From NCBI GenBank assembly GCA_963793875.1, contig CAWCBS010000014.1, forward strand, positions 90,088 to 154,087: a stretch of 64,000 nt of DNA. The letters are read 5' to 3'. Within the stretch, counting starts at the first letter, position 1. The number at the start of each line of letters is the position of its first letter. Shown here in pieces: positions 28,239-39,131 of the stretch. The notes under the pieces are model-generated. The model ran no database searches and had not been told where the DNA came from. It saw only the letters and a program-made list of their open reading frames with translations. This DNA comes from an uncultured Chloroflexia bacterium (GTDB taxonomy: Bacteria > Chloroflexota > Dormibacteria > Aeolococcales > Aeolococcaceae). Both the position numbers and the translations under genes were made by a program.

Positions 28239-30056
28239 GTGACTGCTCTCTACCGCAAGTACCGGTCCGCGGTGCTTGCCGATCTCATCGGCCAGGGCGA
28301 CATCGTCCGCACCCTGAGCAACGAGCTGCGCGCCGGGAAGCTCGCCCACGCGTACCTCCTGGCCGGGATTCGGGGAACCGGGAAGACGTCGACGGCCCGG
28401 ATCCTCGCCCGGGCCGTGAACTGCCTGGAGCCGGTCGACGGCGAGCCCTGCAACCGCTGCGAGGCCTGCGTCGAGATCCTGGACGGGTCGGCGGTGGACG
28501 TCCTCGAGATCGATGCGGCGAGCAACCGCGGCATCGACGAGATGCGCGAGCTGCGCGAGCGCGTCCGCTATCTCCCCGCCCGCCTGCGGTCCAAGGTCTA
28601 CATCATCGACGAGGCCCACATGCTGACCACGGAGGCGTGGAACGCGTTCCTCAAGACCCTGGAGGAGCCGCCCGCCCACGTCCTCTTCATCCTCTGCACC
28701 ACCGAGCCTCACAAGGTCCCGGACACGGTCCGCTCCCGGGTGCAGCGCTTCGACTTCGGGCGGGTGACCAGTGCTCGCATCGGCGATCACCTCCGCTCGA
28801 TCGCGGCCCAGGAGGGGGTCGAGCTCGATCCCGCCGCCGCCCGTCTGATCGCCCGCGCCGCCCAGGGCAGCGTGCGCGACGGGCTCTCGCTGCTCGACCA
28901 GTGCTTCGCCACCGGGGACCGTCCGGTGACCCTCGAGACCTGCCGCCGAGCCCTCGGCCTGGCCCATCCGGACGTCATCCGGGCGCTGCTCGAGGGACTG
29001 GCGGTGCGCGATGCCGCCGCCGCCCTGCGCGCCGCCGCGGCCGCCTTCGAGGCCGGCGCCGATCCGCGCCAGCTCCTCCGCGAGTGCTCACGCCTGGCGC
29101 GGGCCGCGGAGCTGGTCGCGGTCGGATTCGCCGAGGGGGTGCGGCTCGAAGCCGACGAGGACGAGCTCTGCCGCCGGTTGGCCGCGCAGGAGCCTGACGG
29201 CTACTGGCTGAGGGTGCTGGAGGAGATGGGCGCCGCCGAGCTCGAGCTGCGCCAGCCGGTCGACGCACGGCTCCAGGTGGAGGCCTGCCTGCTGAGGCTC
29301 TGCCGGGGCGCCTCCGCCGGCGGCGGCGATGAGCGCCTCGACCGGCTCGAGGCCCGGCTGACCGAGCTGGAGGGGCAGCTGGGATCCGGCTCCCAGGATG
29401 GTCGAACGCGGGACAGGGCGCAGGCGGCCCCCGCGGCCAGCGCGGCCGCGCCCGCAGCGGCGGCCCCCGTCCATCGGGGGCGCCCGGTGGGCCAGGCACG
29501 ACCCTCCGCCCCGTCTGGCCTGGACCCGGCCGGTGAGCTCGCGACGGAAGCGGAGGCCCCGGCGGCCGAGGCCGGGGTGGGTCTGCCGGAGTCCGTCGGG
29601 GAGGATCCCGCGCCCGACCGGGCCGCGCCGGTGGCCGCTGACGTACCCCGGCCCCCGGCGTCGCTGGTGACGTTGGAGGCGTGGCAGGCAGCCTGGCCGG
29701 CCCTCATCGAGGCGGTCAACCGCCGCGACCGGGTCTTCGCGGGCGTCCTCCGCGGCTGCCGCCCGCTGGATGCTGACCCGGATCGCCTGGTGGTCGGGGC
29801 TCCCTACGACTTCCATCTCAAGCAGCTCGGCAACCCCGTCAAGCGGCCGATCCTGGCGAGCGCCGTCGAGGCGGTGGCCGGCGGGCCGCGTGAGCTGGTC
29901 GTGGAGTTCTGCGGTACCCCGGCAATTCCCCCCGGCGTGGCCGCCGCCGATGCCGGCGCCAAGCTCACCGATGCCGTGGTCGCCACCTTCGCGGGGAGCC
30001 GGGTCACGTCGACGCGCCTGGTCGATCACGCTCACGACCCGGTCGACGAGGGCTGA
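28239..30056 (+). CDS. dnaX: DNA polymerase III subunit gamma/tau
   Basis: The N-terminus (…LYRKYR…GQ…HAYLLAGIRGTGKTSTARILA) is typical DnaX. An Ala/Pro-rich linker follows. Confidence 0.9.
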   Translation: MTALYRKYRSAVLADLIGQGDIVRTLSNELRAGKLAHAYLLAGIRGTGKTSTARILARAVNCLEPVDGEPCNRCEACVEILDGSAVDVLEIDAASNRGIDEMRELRERVRYLPARLRSKVYIIDEAHMLTTEAWNAFLKTLEEPPAHVLFILCTTEPHKVPDTVRSRVQRFDFGRVTSARIGDHLRSIAAQEGVELDPAAARLIARAAQGSVRDGLSLLDQCFATGDRPVTLETCRRALGLAHPDVIRALLEGLAVRDAAAALRAAAAAFEAGADPRQLLRECSRLARAAELVAVGFAEGVRLEADEDELCRRLAAQEPDGYWLRVLEEMGAAELELRQPVDARLQVEACLLRLCRGASAGGGDERLDRLEARLTELEGQLGSGSQDGRTRDRAQAAPAASAAAPAAAAPVHRGRPVGQARPSAPSGLDPAGELATEAEAPAAEAGVGLPESVGEDPAPDRAAPVAADVPRPPASLVTLEAWQAAWPALIEAVNRRDRVFAGVLRGCRPLDADPDRLVVGAPYDFHLKQLGNPVKRPILASAVEAVAGGPRELVVEFCGTPAIPPGVAAADAGAKLTDAVVATFAGSRVTSTRLVDHAHDPVDEG

Positions 30057-30091
30057 CCCTCCGCCACGTCACCCGTCGTAGACTGCGGCCG

Positions 30092-30424
30092 ATGTCCATC
30101 AACCGGGGGAGCCGTGTGAACAACCCCAACATGCTCAAGCAGATCCAGCAGATGCAGGCCCGGATGGCGCGGATGCAGGAGGAGCTGGGCGGCATGACCG
30201 TGACCGGGACCGCGGGCGGCGGGGCGGTGACGGTGGTCGCCGACGGCCATCAGCAGATCCACAGCGTCGTCATCCAGGCCGAGGTCCTCGAGGAGGGCGC
30301 GGAGCTGCTCGGCGACCTGGTGCTCGCCGCCGTCAACTCGGCGCTCGACCAGTCGCGGGAGCTGGCGACTCGGCAGATGGGCCAGCTCACCGCCGGCCTG
30401 AACCTCCCCCCCGGCCTGCTCTGA
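30092..30424 (+). CDS. ybaB: Nucleoid-associated protein YbaB/EbfC
   Basis: 110 aa, MLKQIQQMQARMARMQEEL… YbaB family. It lies between dnaX and recR. Confidence 0.85.
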   Translation: MSINRGSRVNNPNMLKQIQQMQARMARMQEELGGMTVTGTAGGGAVTVVADGHQQIHSVVIQAEVLEEGAELLGDLVLAAVNSALDQSRELATRQMGQLTAGLNLPPGLL

Positions 30425-30525
30425 TCTGACACGGTGACCCGGCAGCCCGCGGTGGTGACCCTCCGGACGCTTCCCCCGTGCCCATCGGGGTCGCGGGGCG
30501 CCCGCCCGACCGCCGGGTGCCCCCC

Positions 30526-31143
30526 GTGTCGCTGATCCCGGAGCCGGTCGAGCGCCTGGCGGCCGAGTTCGCCCGCCTGCCCGGGATCGGGCCCAAGACG
30601 GCCCAGCGGCTCACCTTCTTCTGCCTGCGCAGCGATCCCGGCCAGGTCGCCCGGCTGGCCACCGCCCTGGCGGAGCTGAAGGCGGCGGTGCGCCCCTGCT
30701 CCCGGTGCTTCTTCATCGCCGACGACGACCTTTGCGCCATCTGCCGGAACGCGAGCCGCGACGCCTCGGCCATCTGCGTGGTCGAGGACCCCCTGGACGT
30801 CATCGCGGTGGAGCGCAGCGGGGGCTTCCACGGCCTCTACCATGTCCTGGGCGGCGCCCTCTCGCCGATCGAGGGGGTGGGGCCGGATCAGATCCGGGTG
30901 GCCGAGCTGGAGGCCCGGCTCCGGGAGGGGGAGGTCACCGAGGTGGTCCTCGCCACCGATCCGGACGTGGAGGGGGAGGCGACTGCCCACTACCTCGCGG
31001 AGCGGTTGGCGGGCTCCGGGGTGCGCCTGACCCGGCTCGCCCACGGGCTGCCCGCCGGCGCCGACCTGCAGTACGCGGACGAGCTCACCATCGCCCGGGC
31101 CCTGGCCGGGCGGCGCAGCCTGGACGCCGGCTGGCTCGCCTAG
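30526..31143 (+). CDS. recR: Recombination protein RecR
   Basis: LPGIGPKTAQRL helix-hairpin-helix, a C4 zinc finger (CSRCFFIADDDLCAICRN), and a Toprim domain. The GTG at 30526 was chosen as start. The track ORF begins at 30478. Confidence 0.8.
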   Translation: MSLIPEPVERLAAEFARLPGIGPKTAQRLTFFCLRSDPGQVARLATALAELKAAVRPCSRCFFIADDDLCAICRNASRDASAICVVEDPLDVIAVERSGGFHGLYHVLGGALSPIEGVGPDQIRVAELEARLREGEVTEVVLATDPDVEGEATAHYLAERLAGSGVRLTRLAHGLPAGADLQYADELTIARALAGRRSLDAGWLA

Positions 31144-31422
31144 AGACCTGCGGGCGCCGGCCGGGACTCCGGCTGCTCGCCCCCGGAATCCGGCGCGCGG
31201 CGGCCCGAGGGCGCGTCGAGGGCGCCCGGAAGCCTCGTGGAAGAGCCGATCGGGTATCATCCGCGGGCGCGGCGGTATTAGGGTGCCGCCGGCTGGCGCC
31301 GGTCCCCGCATTGACGGCGGAGCCTTCCGGCGGTACAATCCGCAAGTTGCCCGCACGGGGAAGGTCCCCGGTCGGAATCCCCGCGTTCAGTTCCGCGACC
31401 GGTTCGGAGCGCGGTTAGGTCC

Positions 31423-31451
31423 TTGACAATTGAAGAGTGGAGACGACTTTC
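31423..31451 (+). promoter_or_regulatory. Candidate rRNA operon promoter (TTGACA -35 hexamer with a weak -10)
   Basis: An exact TTGACA at 31423-31428, about 115 nt upstream of the 16S start. The -10 hexamer is not convincing. Confidence 0.25.
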
Positions 31452-31543
31452 CGCGAAGGCCCTGGGACCGGCGCTCTGCGCCGGATTCCACGCAGGCCTC
31501 GTCAACGTTCGAATTTGACCCGCGCAAGCGGGTGAGAACGTTT

Positions 31544-33049
<1,506 letters not shown>

Positions 33050-33430
33050 TATGGAGTGACCTGGGTTTGGGGCTCCGGCCCGATCCCGGTCAGTCAACTC
33101 AGGTCGTGCAGCAACGCGCGTCGTGAAACCGCCAAGAACGGTGAGCCCTAGGGCTCGCCGGGAGTAACGGCAGTAGCGGGGCGCGGGCCGGGGTGCTCGC
33201 ATCCCGGGAAGGCCGGCCAGTGGGCAGTGGGAATCTGCTTCAACCGGCGAGCCGCCGAGGCTCGCCACCGAGGCACTGCGTCAAGCCGACGCGGTTAGTC
33301 GCTCCACGCTTCAGGGGTCAAGGACGACCTGGCGCGATCTGCGCGCCGGGACCGCGCCCCCTGCGCCGCGAGGCCGACGTGCTCGCCGACCATCGTGGCC
33401 GGGGGGTGGCCTGAGCGGCGCGGGCCCCGG

Positions 33431-33505
33431 GGGCCTTTAGCTCAGGTGGTAAGAGCGCACGGCTGATAACCGTGAGGTCTGTGGTTCGAAGTCCACAAAG
33501 GCCCA
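33431..33505 (+). tRNA. tRNA-Ile (GAT)
   Basis: Cloverleaf sequence GGGCCTTTAGCTCAGGTGG… with anticodon loop cTGATAAcc. Located in the 16S-23S spacer. Confidence 0.85.
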
Positions 33506-33527
33506 CGCTCGGGTCTGACCACCAGCC

Positions 33528-33601
33528 GGGGATGTAGCTCAGCTGGGAGAGCACCTGCTTTGCACGCAGGGGGTCGGGAGTTCGAAGTCTCCCCATCTCC
33601 A
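33528..33601 (+). tRNA. tRNA-Ala (TGC)
   Basis: GGGGATGTAGCTCAGCTGGGAGAGC…cTTTGCAcg… with the G3·U70 identity pair. CCA is not encoded. Confidence 0.85.
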
Positions 33602-34379
33602 GGGATGAGCTGCGCTCCGCCTCCACTCTTGATTCTCGCGGCCGCACCAGCGGCGGCAACCCCGCTCCTTCATACGTGAATACAAGTCTGCGAATGATCT
33701 TCGTCACCGCCGTACTTCAGCGGTGGTGGCGAGACGGATCCTCTTTGTAATACATGTCAGGTGAACACAAACGCGCGCGACCCCGGCCCCAGGGCCGAGG
33801 TCGATCCCTTCCTCTCATCCCCGGCGTGGCCGTGGATGAGCGCTGAAAAGTGTGAATAGGAAGGTCAAGCTGATAAGGGCGCACGGTGGATGCCTTGGCA
33901 CCAAGGGCCGAAGAAGGACGTAGCGTTGCTGCGATAAGCCTCGGGTAGCTGCTAGCGAGCGTTAATCCGGGGATTTCCGAATGGGGCAACCCACCTGGAG
34001 TCATGTCCAGGTACTCCCGGTTGAATATATAGGCCGGGTAGAGGGCACGCGGAGAACTGAAACATCTAAGTATCCGCAGGAGAAGATAACATCCCCTTAG
34101 TAGTGGCGAGCGAAAAGGGGTGAGCCTAAACCGAGACGGCGTGATAGCCGGCAGGCGTTTCCGTCTCGGGGTCGTGGGACCCTCATGCTCCGCTGCCGTG
34201 GAGCGCAGGAGTTACCAAGTCGTCGCCTAGCTGAACAGTTTTGGAACAGCTGGCCGTAGAAGGTGAGAGCCCTGTACGCGAAAGGCGGACGACCTCCTGG
34301 AGGTGTTCCCAAGTACCACGGAACACGTGGAATTCTGTGGGAATCTGGGCGGACCATCGTCCAAGGCTAAATACCCTTG

Positions 34380-34421
<42 letters not shown>

Positions 34422-35051
34422 CACCCCGGAAGGGGAGTCAAAAGTCCCTGAAACCGTGCGCTTACAAGCCGTGAGAGGGCTATGCCCGTATGGGAATGCC
34501 TGATTGCGTGCCTTTTGTAGAATGAGCCGACGAGTTACTTCAGTGTGGCGAGGTTAAGGGGTAGACACCCGGAGCCGTAGCGAAAGCGAGTCTGAATAGG
34601 GCGTTGTCGCCGCAAGGCGATGGTAGTCGCACTGAGTAGACCCGAAACCGAGTGACCTATCCATGGTCAGGGTGAAGCGCGGGTAAAACCGCGTGGAAGC
34701 CCGAACCGACCCCAGTTGAAAATGCGGCGGATGAACTGTGGATAGCGGTGAAATGCCAATCGAACTCGGATATAGCTGGTTCTCCTCGAAATGCATTTAG
34801 GTGCAGCGTCGTCAACGGGTCTGTCGTAGGTAGAGCACTGAATGGGCTAGGGGCGATCACCTCGTTACCAAACCCAATCAAACTCCGAATGGCGGCAGAT
34901 TTTCTGGCGGCAGTGAGACAGTGGGGGCTAAGCTTCATTGTCGAAAGGGAAACAGCCCAGACCACCGGCTAAGGTCCCCAATCGCAAGCTAAGTGGTAAA
35001 GGATGTCACGATGTCCAGACAACCAGGATGTTGGCTTAGAAGCAGCCACCA

Positions 35052-35082
<31 letters not shown>

Positions 35083-35847
35083 ATGTCATGGCGCCGACAA
35101 TGATCGGGGCTCAAGCTTGCAACCGAAGCCGTGGATGACCCTCCTTCTGGGAGGGTCGTGGTAGAGGAGCGTTCTGTGGGCAGAGAAGCCCGACCGGAAG
35201 GACGGGTGGAGCGTACAGAAGTGAGAATGTCGGCACAAGTAGCGAGAAACGCGTGAGAAACGTGTTCGCCGTAAACCTAAGGTTTCCTGGGCAACGTTAC
35301 TCGTCCCAGGGTCAGTCGGGACCTAAGCCAAGGCCGAAAGGCGTAGGCGATGGACAGTTGGTCAACATTCCAACACCGCCAAAGACAATTCAAGGCGGCG
35401 GGGGACGGGGAAGGATAGGCCTTACGGAGCGATGGTTGACTCCGACGCAGCCAGGTAGGGGGTCGCCGATGAAAGTTGGCGGCAACTCCGAGACGGATGC
35501 CAAGGCACCTAGTGCTGATGGGGCCGATTCCATGCCTCCAAGAAAAGCCCGTACCGCTGGTCTAGGCGCCCGTACCGCAAACCGACACAGGTAGGTAGGA
35601 AGAGGATTCCAAGGCGATCGAGGGAAACGTGGCTAAGGAACTCGGCAAAATTTCCCCGTAACTTCGGGAGAAGGGGAGCCCTTGACGGTGATCGGCCTCG
35701 CGCCGTGAGCTGATGAGGGCCGCAGAGAAAAGGCCCATCCGACTGTTTACTAAAAACACAGGTCTCTGCTAAAGCGTAAGCTGATGTATAGGGGCTGACG
35801 CCTGCCCGGTGCCGGAAGGTTAAGTGGAGGGGTGCAAGCTCTGAAAT

Positions 35848-35891
<44 letters not shown>

Positions 35892-36601
35892 GGAATCGCT
35901 GCCTTAGTAAAATCTGGCTATATGCTGGAACACCCGTGGATCCCGCACTACTAGGCCGAACCGACGTTTGGTATAGTGACAATGTGACGGGTGCGGACAA
36001 TCAGCAGGAAAGGCTCATCGAGCTGGGTTGGGTACTCGGCTTTGTGGACGGAGAAGGTTGCTTCTCCCTCAGCCTGGTGCGGCAGGTAGGCCGCGCTGGG
36101 CGAGTAGGCTACAGGTCGGGGTACCAGATCTTTCATGAGTTCGCAGTGACGCAGGGCGAGAGGAGCATCACGTGCCTCTACCGACTTCGCGAATACTTCG
36201 GAGTCGGATCGGTGATTGTGAACCGACGGTATGACAACCATCGGGAGTGCGTTCATCGGTATGTGGTTCGGCGACGAGACGATCTGGAGGCGGTGATCAT
36301 TCCGTTCTTCAGGGAATACCCGTTGCGGACTGCGAGACGTGAGGACTTCGAGAAGTTCGCGACGTGCGTGGCGATGATGTCGTGTGGACACCACCGCACG
36401 CCGTCCGGATTTGGTGAAGTGATCGGCATTGCGGAGACGATGAACAGACGCAAACCTAGAACAACCATTGGTGAGAATCCTCAGAGGCCATACGCCAGAC
36501 ACCCGGACGGCCCGAGTGAAGATATGGTCCCGTCTGCATGGCGACATGCAGGAGAGGTGCCGGCTCACGGCACCTCCGCCTGGGATACCAGGTAAGAGCA
36601 G
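35892..36601 (+). mobile_element. Group I intron in 23S rRNA at position L1931 (E. coli numbering), 710 nt, encoding a LAGLIDADG homing endonuclease
   Basis: The upstream exon ends …CCUAAGGU and the downstream exon resumes AGCGAAAUUCC, so the exon is restored perfectly when the insert is removed. A 7-bp P1 forms between exon ccuaaggu and the intron internal guide sequence gccttag at 35901-35907, with a U·G pair at the splice site. The last intron nucleotide is G. A P-like element (attgcggaga), Q-like (aatcctcag), R-like (cagacac) and S-like (aagatatggtcc) occur in canonical order at 36427-36530. A P9-like 9-bp hairpin lies at 36556-36578. Confidence 0.75.
35936..36595 (+). CDS. Single-motif LAGLIDADG homing endonuclease (I-CeuI-like family) encoded inside the L1931 intron
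   Basis: LIELGWVLGFVDGEGCFSLSL is a LAGLIDADG motif. The downstream VIIPFFREYPL…DFEKF… segment resembles the I-CeuI family. The protein is 219 aa and the start codon is GTG. The region has 'ttt', 'att' and 'aga' codons and ~55% GC, unlike the host. The C-terminal ~55 codons overlap the intron core elements. Confidence 0.8.
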   Translation: MDPALLGRTDVWYSDNVTGADNQQERLIELGWVLGFVDGEGCFSLSLVRQVGRAGRVGYRSGYQIFHEFAVTQGERSITCLYRLREYFGVGSVIVNRRYDNHRECVHRYVVRRRDDLEAVIIPFFREYPLRTARREDFEKFATCVAMMSCGHHRTPSGFGEVIGIAETMNRRKPRTTIGENPQRPYARHPDGPSEDMVPSAWRHAGEVPAHGTSAWDTR

Positions 36602-36621
36602 AGCGAAATTCCTTGTCGGGT

Positions 36622-36870
36622 AAGTGAAACGAGCCCGTACCGGCTAATATCGGTGAAGCCCTACTGGTAGGCGTGCGGCCGCCAGGGGTGATACCGAGGG
36701 AAGTCACCTCCACTGAGGAGGTTGACCCTGTATCGACTGAGGCCCTAGTGCCAAGGGTTGGTGGAAGTGCGCAATCCGCGCACAATCTAGCCGCCAGCCA
36801 AGACGCCGGTGACTTCCGTGGCGGGAGTCAAAGTTATAGTCAGTGCTACCAGTGATGGTGGATAACCATG
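36622..36870 (+). mobile_element. ORF-less group I intron in 23S rRNA at position L1951 (E. coli numbering), 249 nt
   Basis: The exon reads …CUUGUCGGGU | intron | AAGUUCCGACC, and the exon is restored when the insert is removed. The internal guide sequence gcccg at intron positions 12-16 pairs with exon cgggu (U·G at the splice site). The intron ends in G. A P4/P6-like hairpin gtgcgcAATCCgcgcac contains a Q-like element. An R-like element is tcgactga and an S-like element is aagttatagtcagt. Confidence 0.75.
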
Positions 36871-37149
36871 AAGTTCCGACCCGCACGAATGGCGTAACGA
36901 GATGGGCGCTGTCTCGGCCACGTACTCGGCGAAACTGAAGTACCTGTGAAGATACAGGTTACCCGCAGCAGGACGGAAAGACCCCGTGGAGCTTTACTAC
37001 AACCTGCCACTGAGATGGGGTCTAGCATATAGAGGATAGCTGGGAGACGGTGAAGCGTGGTCGCTAGATTGCGTGGAGTCAACCTTGGAATACCAGCTTT
37101 GCTAGACTTTATTTCTAACCGGGACCGTGATCCGGTTTCGGGACCGTGG

Positions 37150-37182
<33 letters not shown>

Positions 37183-37340
37183 CAAAAGGTAACGGAGGCG
37201 CCCAAAGGTTCCCTCAGCCTGGATGGAAATCAGGCCTAGAGAGTGTAATGGCACAAGGGAGCTTGACTGTGAGGCCTACAAGCCGAGCAGGGACGAAAGT
37301 CGGGCATAGTGATCCGACGGCTCTGAATGGAAAGGCCGTC

Positions 37341-37377
<37 letters not shown>

Positions 37378-37407
37378 GATCTTGCCCAAGAGTTCACATC
37401 GACGGCA

Positions 37408-37449
<42 letters not shown>

Positions 37450-37455
37450 GAGTAT

Positions 37456-37490
<35 letters not shown>

Positions 37491-37966
37491 TACGCGAGCT
37501 GGGTTTAGAACGTCGTGAGACAGTTCGGATCGTATCCGCTGTGGGCGCAGGAGATTTGAGGGGAGCTGACCTTAGTACGAGAGGACCGGGTTGGACGGAC
37601 CGCTGGTGCACCGGTTGTTCTGCCAAGAGCACCGCCGGGTAGCTATGTCCGGATGGGATAAGCGCTGAAAGCATCTAAGTGCGAAGCCCACCCCAAGATA
37701 AGATCTCCCACCGGATTAACCGGGTAAGACCCCAGCAAGACTAGCTGGTTGATAGGCCGCAGGTGTAAGGGGGGCAACCCCTTGAGCTGAGCGGTACTAA
37801 TCGGTCGAGGGCTTGACCTTTCTATCCCACACTCTTCAGCGCAGTGCAGGGCGGCGACCCGCGGGTCGCCGGCGCGATCGTTGTTCGCCCGACATGAAGT
37901 GGGTCCGGAGCCGCGCGTGGCTCTCAGACGCAGACTTGGTTCCTTCTTACGAAAGAAAGGAGATAT

Positions 37967-38082
37967 TCGGTGACCATAGCGGTGGGGAGACACCTGTTCC
38001 CATCCCGAACACAGCAGTTAAGCCCACCAGCGCCGATGGTACTGCCCTGGCAACGGGGTGGGAGAGTAGGTCGTTGCCGAGT
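37967..38082 (+). rRNA. rrf: 5S ribosomal RNA
   Basis: …CCCGAACACAGCAGTTAAGCCCACCAGCGCCGATGGTACTG…GGGAGAGTAGGTCGTTGCC. Length ~116 nt, located 146 nt downstream of 23S. Confidence 0.85.
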
Positions 38083-38171
38083 ATCTCTTTCTTTCGTTAC
38101 GGAGCGATTCCAGACACCTTGAATATGGATCCGAGGGGCAGCGGTTGATGTCTACGTCATCCGCGTCGAGA

Positions 38172-39131
38172 TCACTTGATCACCCTCAGCACCACGTTGC
38201 CCGTCTTCTGCTCGGTCTCAACGTACCTCGTCGCCTCGACCACCTCCTCCAGCGAGTAGGAGCGATCGATGACGGCGCGATATCTCCCCGCTTCGATCAG
38301 CTCCTTGATGAGCACGGCGTCCTTCCTCGAGTAGCGCGGCGGTATCACCATCACGGTGCTCAAGCCACTGACGTGAAGCGGGGCCAGGGCCATGAGTACG
38401 TTGCGCAGCCCGTCTGTCCCGATGTAGACGCCGCCCGGCCGCAGTGAGCTGCGACAGCGCTGGAAGGAGTGCTTGCCGACCGCGTCGAATATGATGTCGT
38501 ACAACTCGCCGTTCTCGGTGAAGTCCCGCTCCGTATAGTCGATGACCTCATCGGCACCGAGCCCCTTCACGACCGCGACGTTCCTGGTGTTGCACACCGC
38601 GGTGGTGTGAGCAGCGACGGCTGCTGCGAGCTGCACGGAAGCTGTGCCGATCGAGCCCGAGGCTCCGTAGATGAGCACGCGCTGACCGCCGCGCAGCCCC
38701 GCGCGCCTCAGGTTCATCTGGGCGAGGAGAGCCCCGTCGTAGATCGCCGCCGCTTCCTCGAAGGTGATCCCGTCAGGCATGTGGGCGATTGGAGCGGTTT
38801 CGCGAACGCAGACGTACTCCGCGTGCGTGCCGAACCTCCACGGGTTCAGCCCGAAGACCTGATCGCCGATCTGGAACTCGGTCACGGCGGGGCCGACGCT
38901 TGCAACCTCCCCGGCAAACTCGGTGCCGAGGATTGGCCGCCTCGGCCGGCGCAGCCCGGTGACAAGGCGAGACGCGAAGGGTCTACCGCTGCGAAGCCCG
39001 GTGTCCGTCCTGTTGACGGTCGTCGCGTGGACTCTGACGAGGACCTCATGGTCGCTGGGATCGGGCTGCGCGACCTCCTCCAGACTCAGCACCTCAGGGG
39101 GCCCATACGTGTCGTGGACAACCGCCCTCAT
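38172..39131 (-). CDS. Zinc-binding dehydrogenase / NADPH:quinone oxidoreductase family protein
   Basis: 319-aa medium-chain dehydrogenase/reductase (MDR) fold (MRAVVHDTYGPPEVL…GASGSIGTA…). Confidence 0.8.
   Translation of the reverse strand: MRAVVHDTYGPPEVLSLEEVAQPDPSDHEVLVRVHATTVNRTDTGLRSGRPFASRLVTGLRRPRRPILGTEFAGEVASVGPAVTEFQIGDQVFGLNPWRFGTHAEYVCVRETAPIAHMPDGITFEEAAAIYDGALLAQMNLRRAGLRGGQRVLIYGASGSIGTASVQLAAAVAAHTTAVCNTRNVAVVKGLGADEVIDYTERDFTENGELYDIIFDAVGKHSFQRCRSSLRPGGVYIGTDGLRNVLMALAPLHVSGLSTVMVIPPRYSRKDAVLIKELIEAGRYRAVIDRSYSLEEVVEATRYVETEQKTGNVVLRVIK

Noticed and set aside
28239-30056. Programmed ribosomal frameshift or transcriptional-slippage site in dnaX for a gamma subunit
   Set aside because: I saw no A-rich slippery heptamer or poly-A run in this high-GC gene. 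I cannot support a gamma-producing signal from the sequence.
35892-36601. Archaeal-type bulge-helix-bulge intron or an RNase III-excised intervening sequence as the explanation for the 23S insert
   Set aside because: The organism is clearly bacterial (16S 5' end, tRNA and rRNA operon structure). The insert shows a group I P1/internal-guide pairing, a U before the 5' splice site, a terminal G, and P/Q/R/S-like elements. Intervening sequences occur at helices 25 and 45, not at helices 69-71. Only experiment can fully exclude non-splicing.
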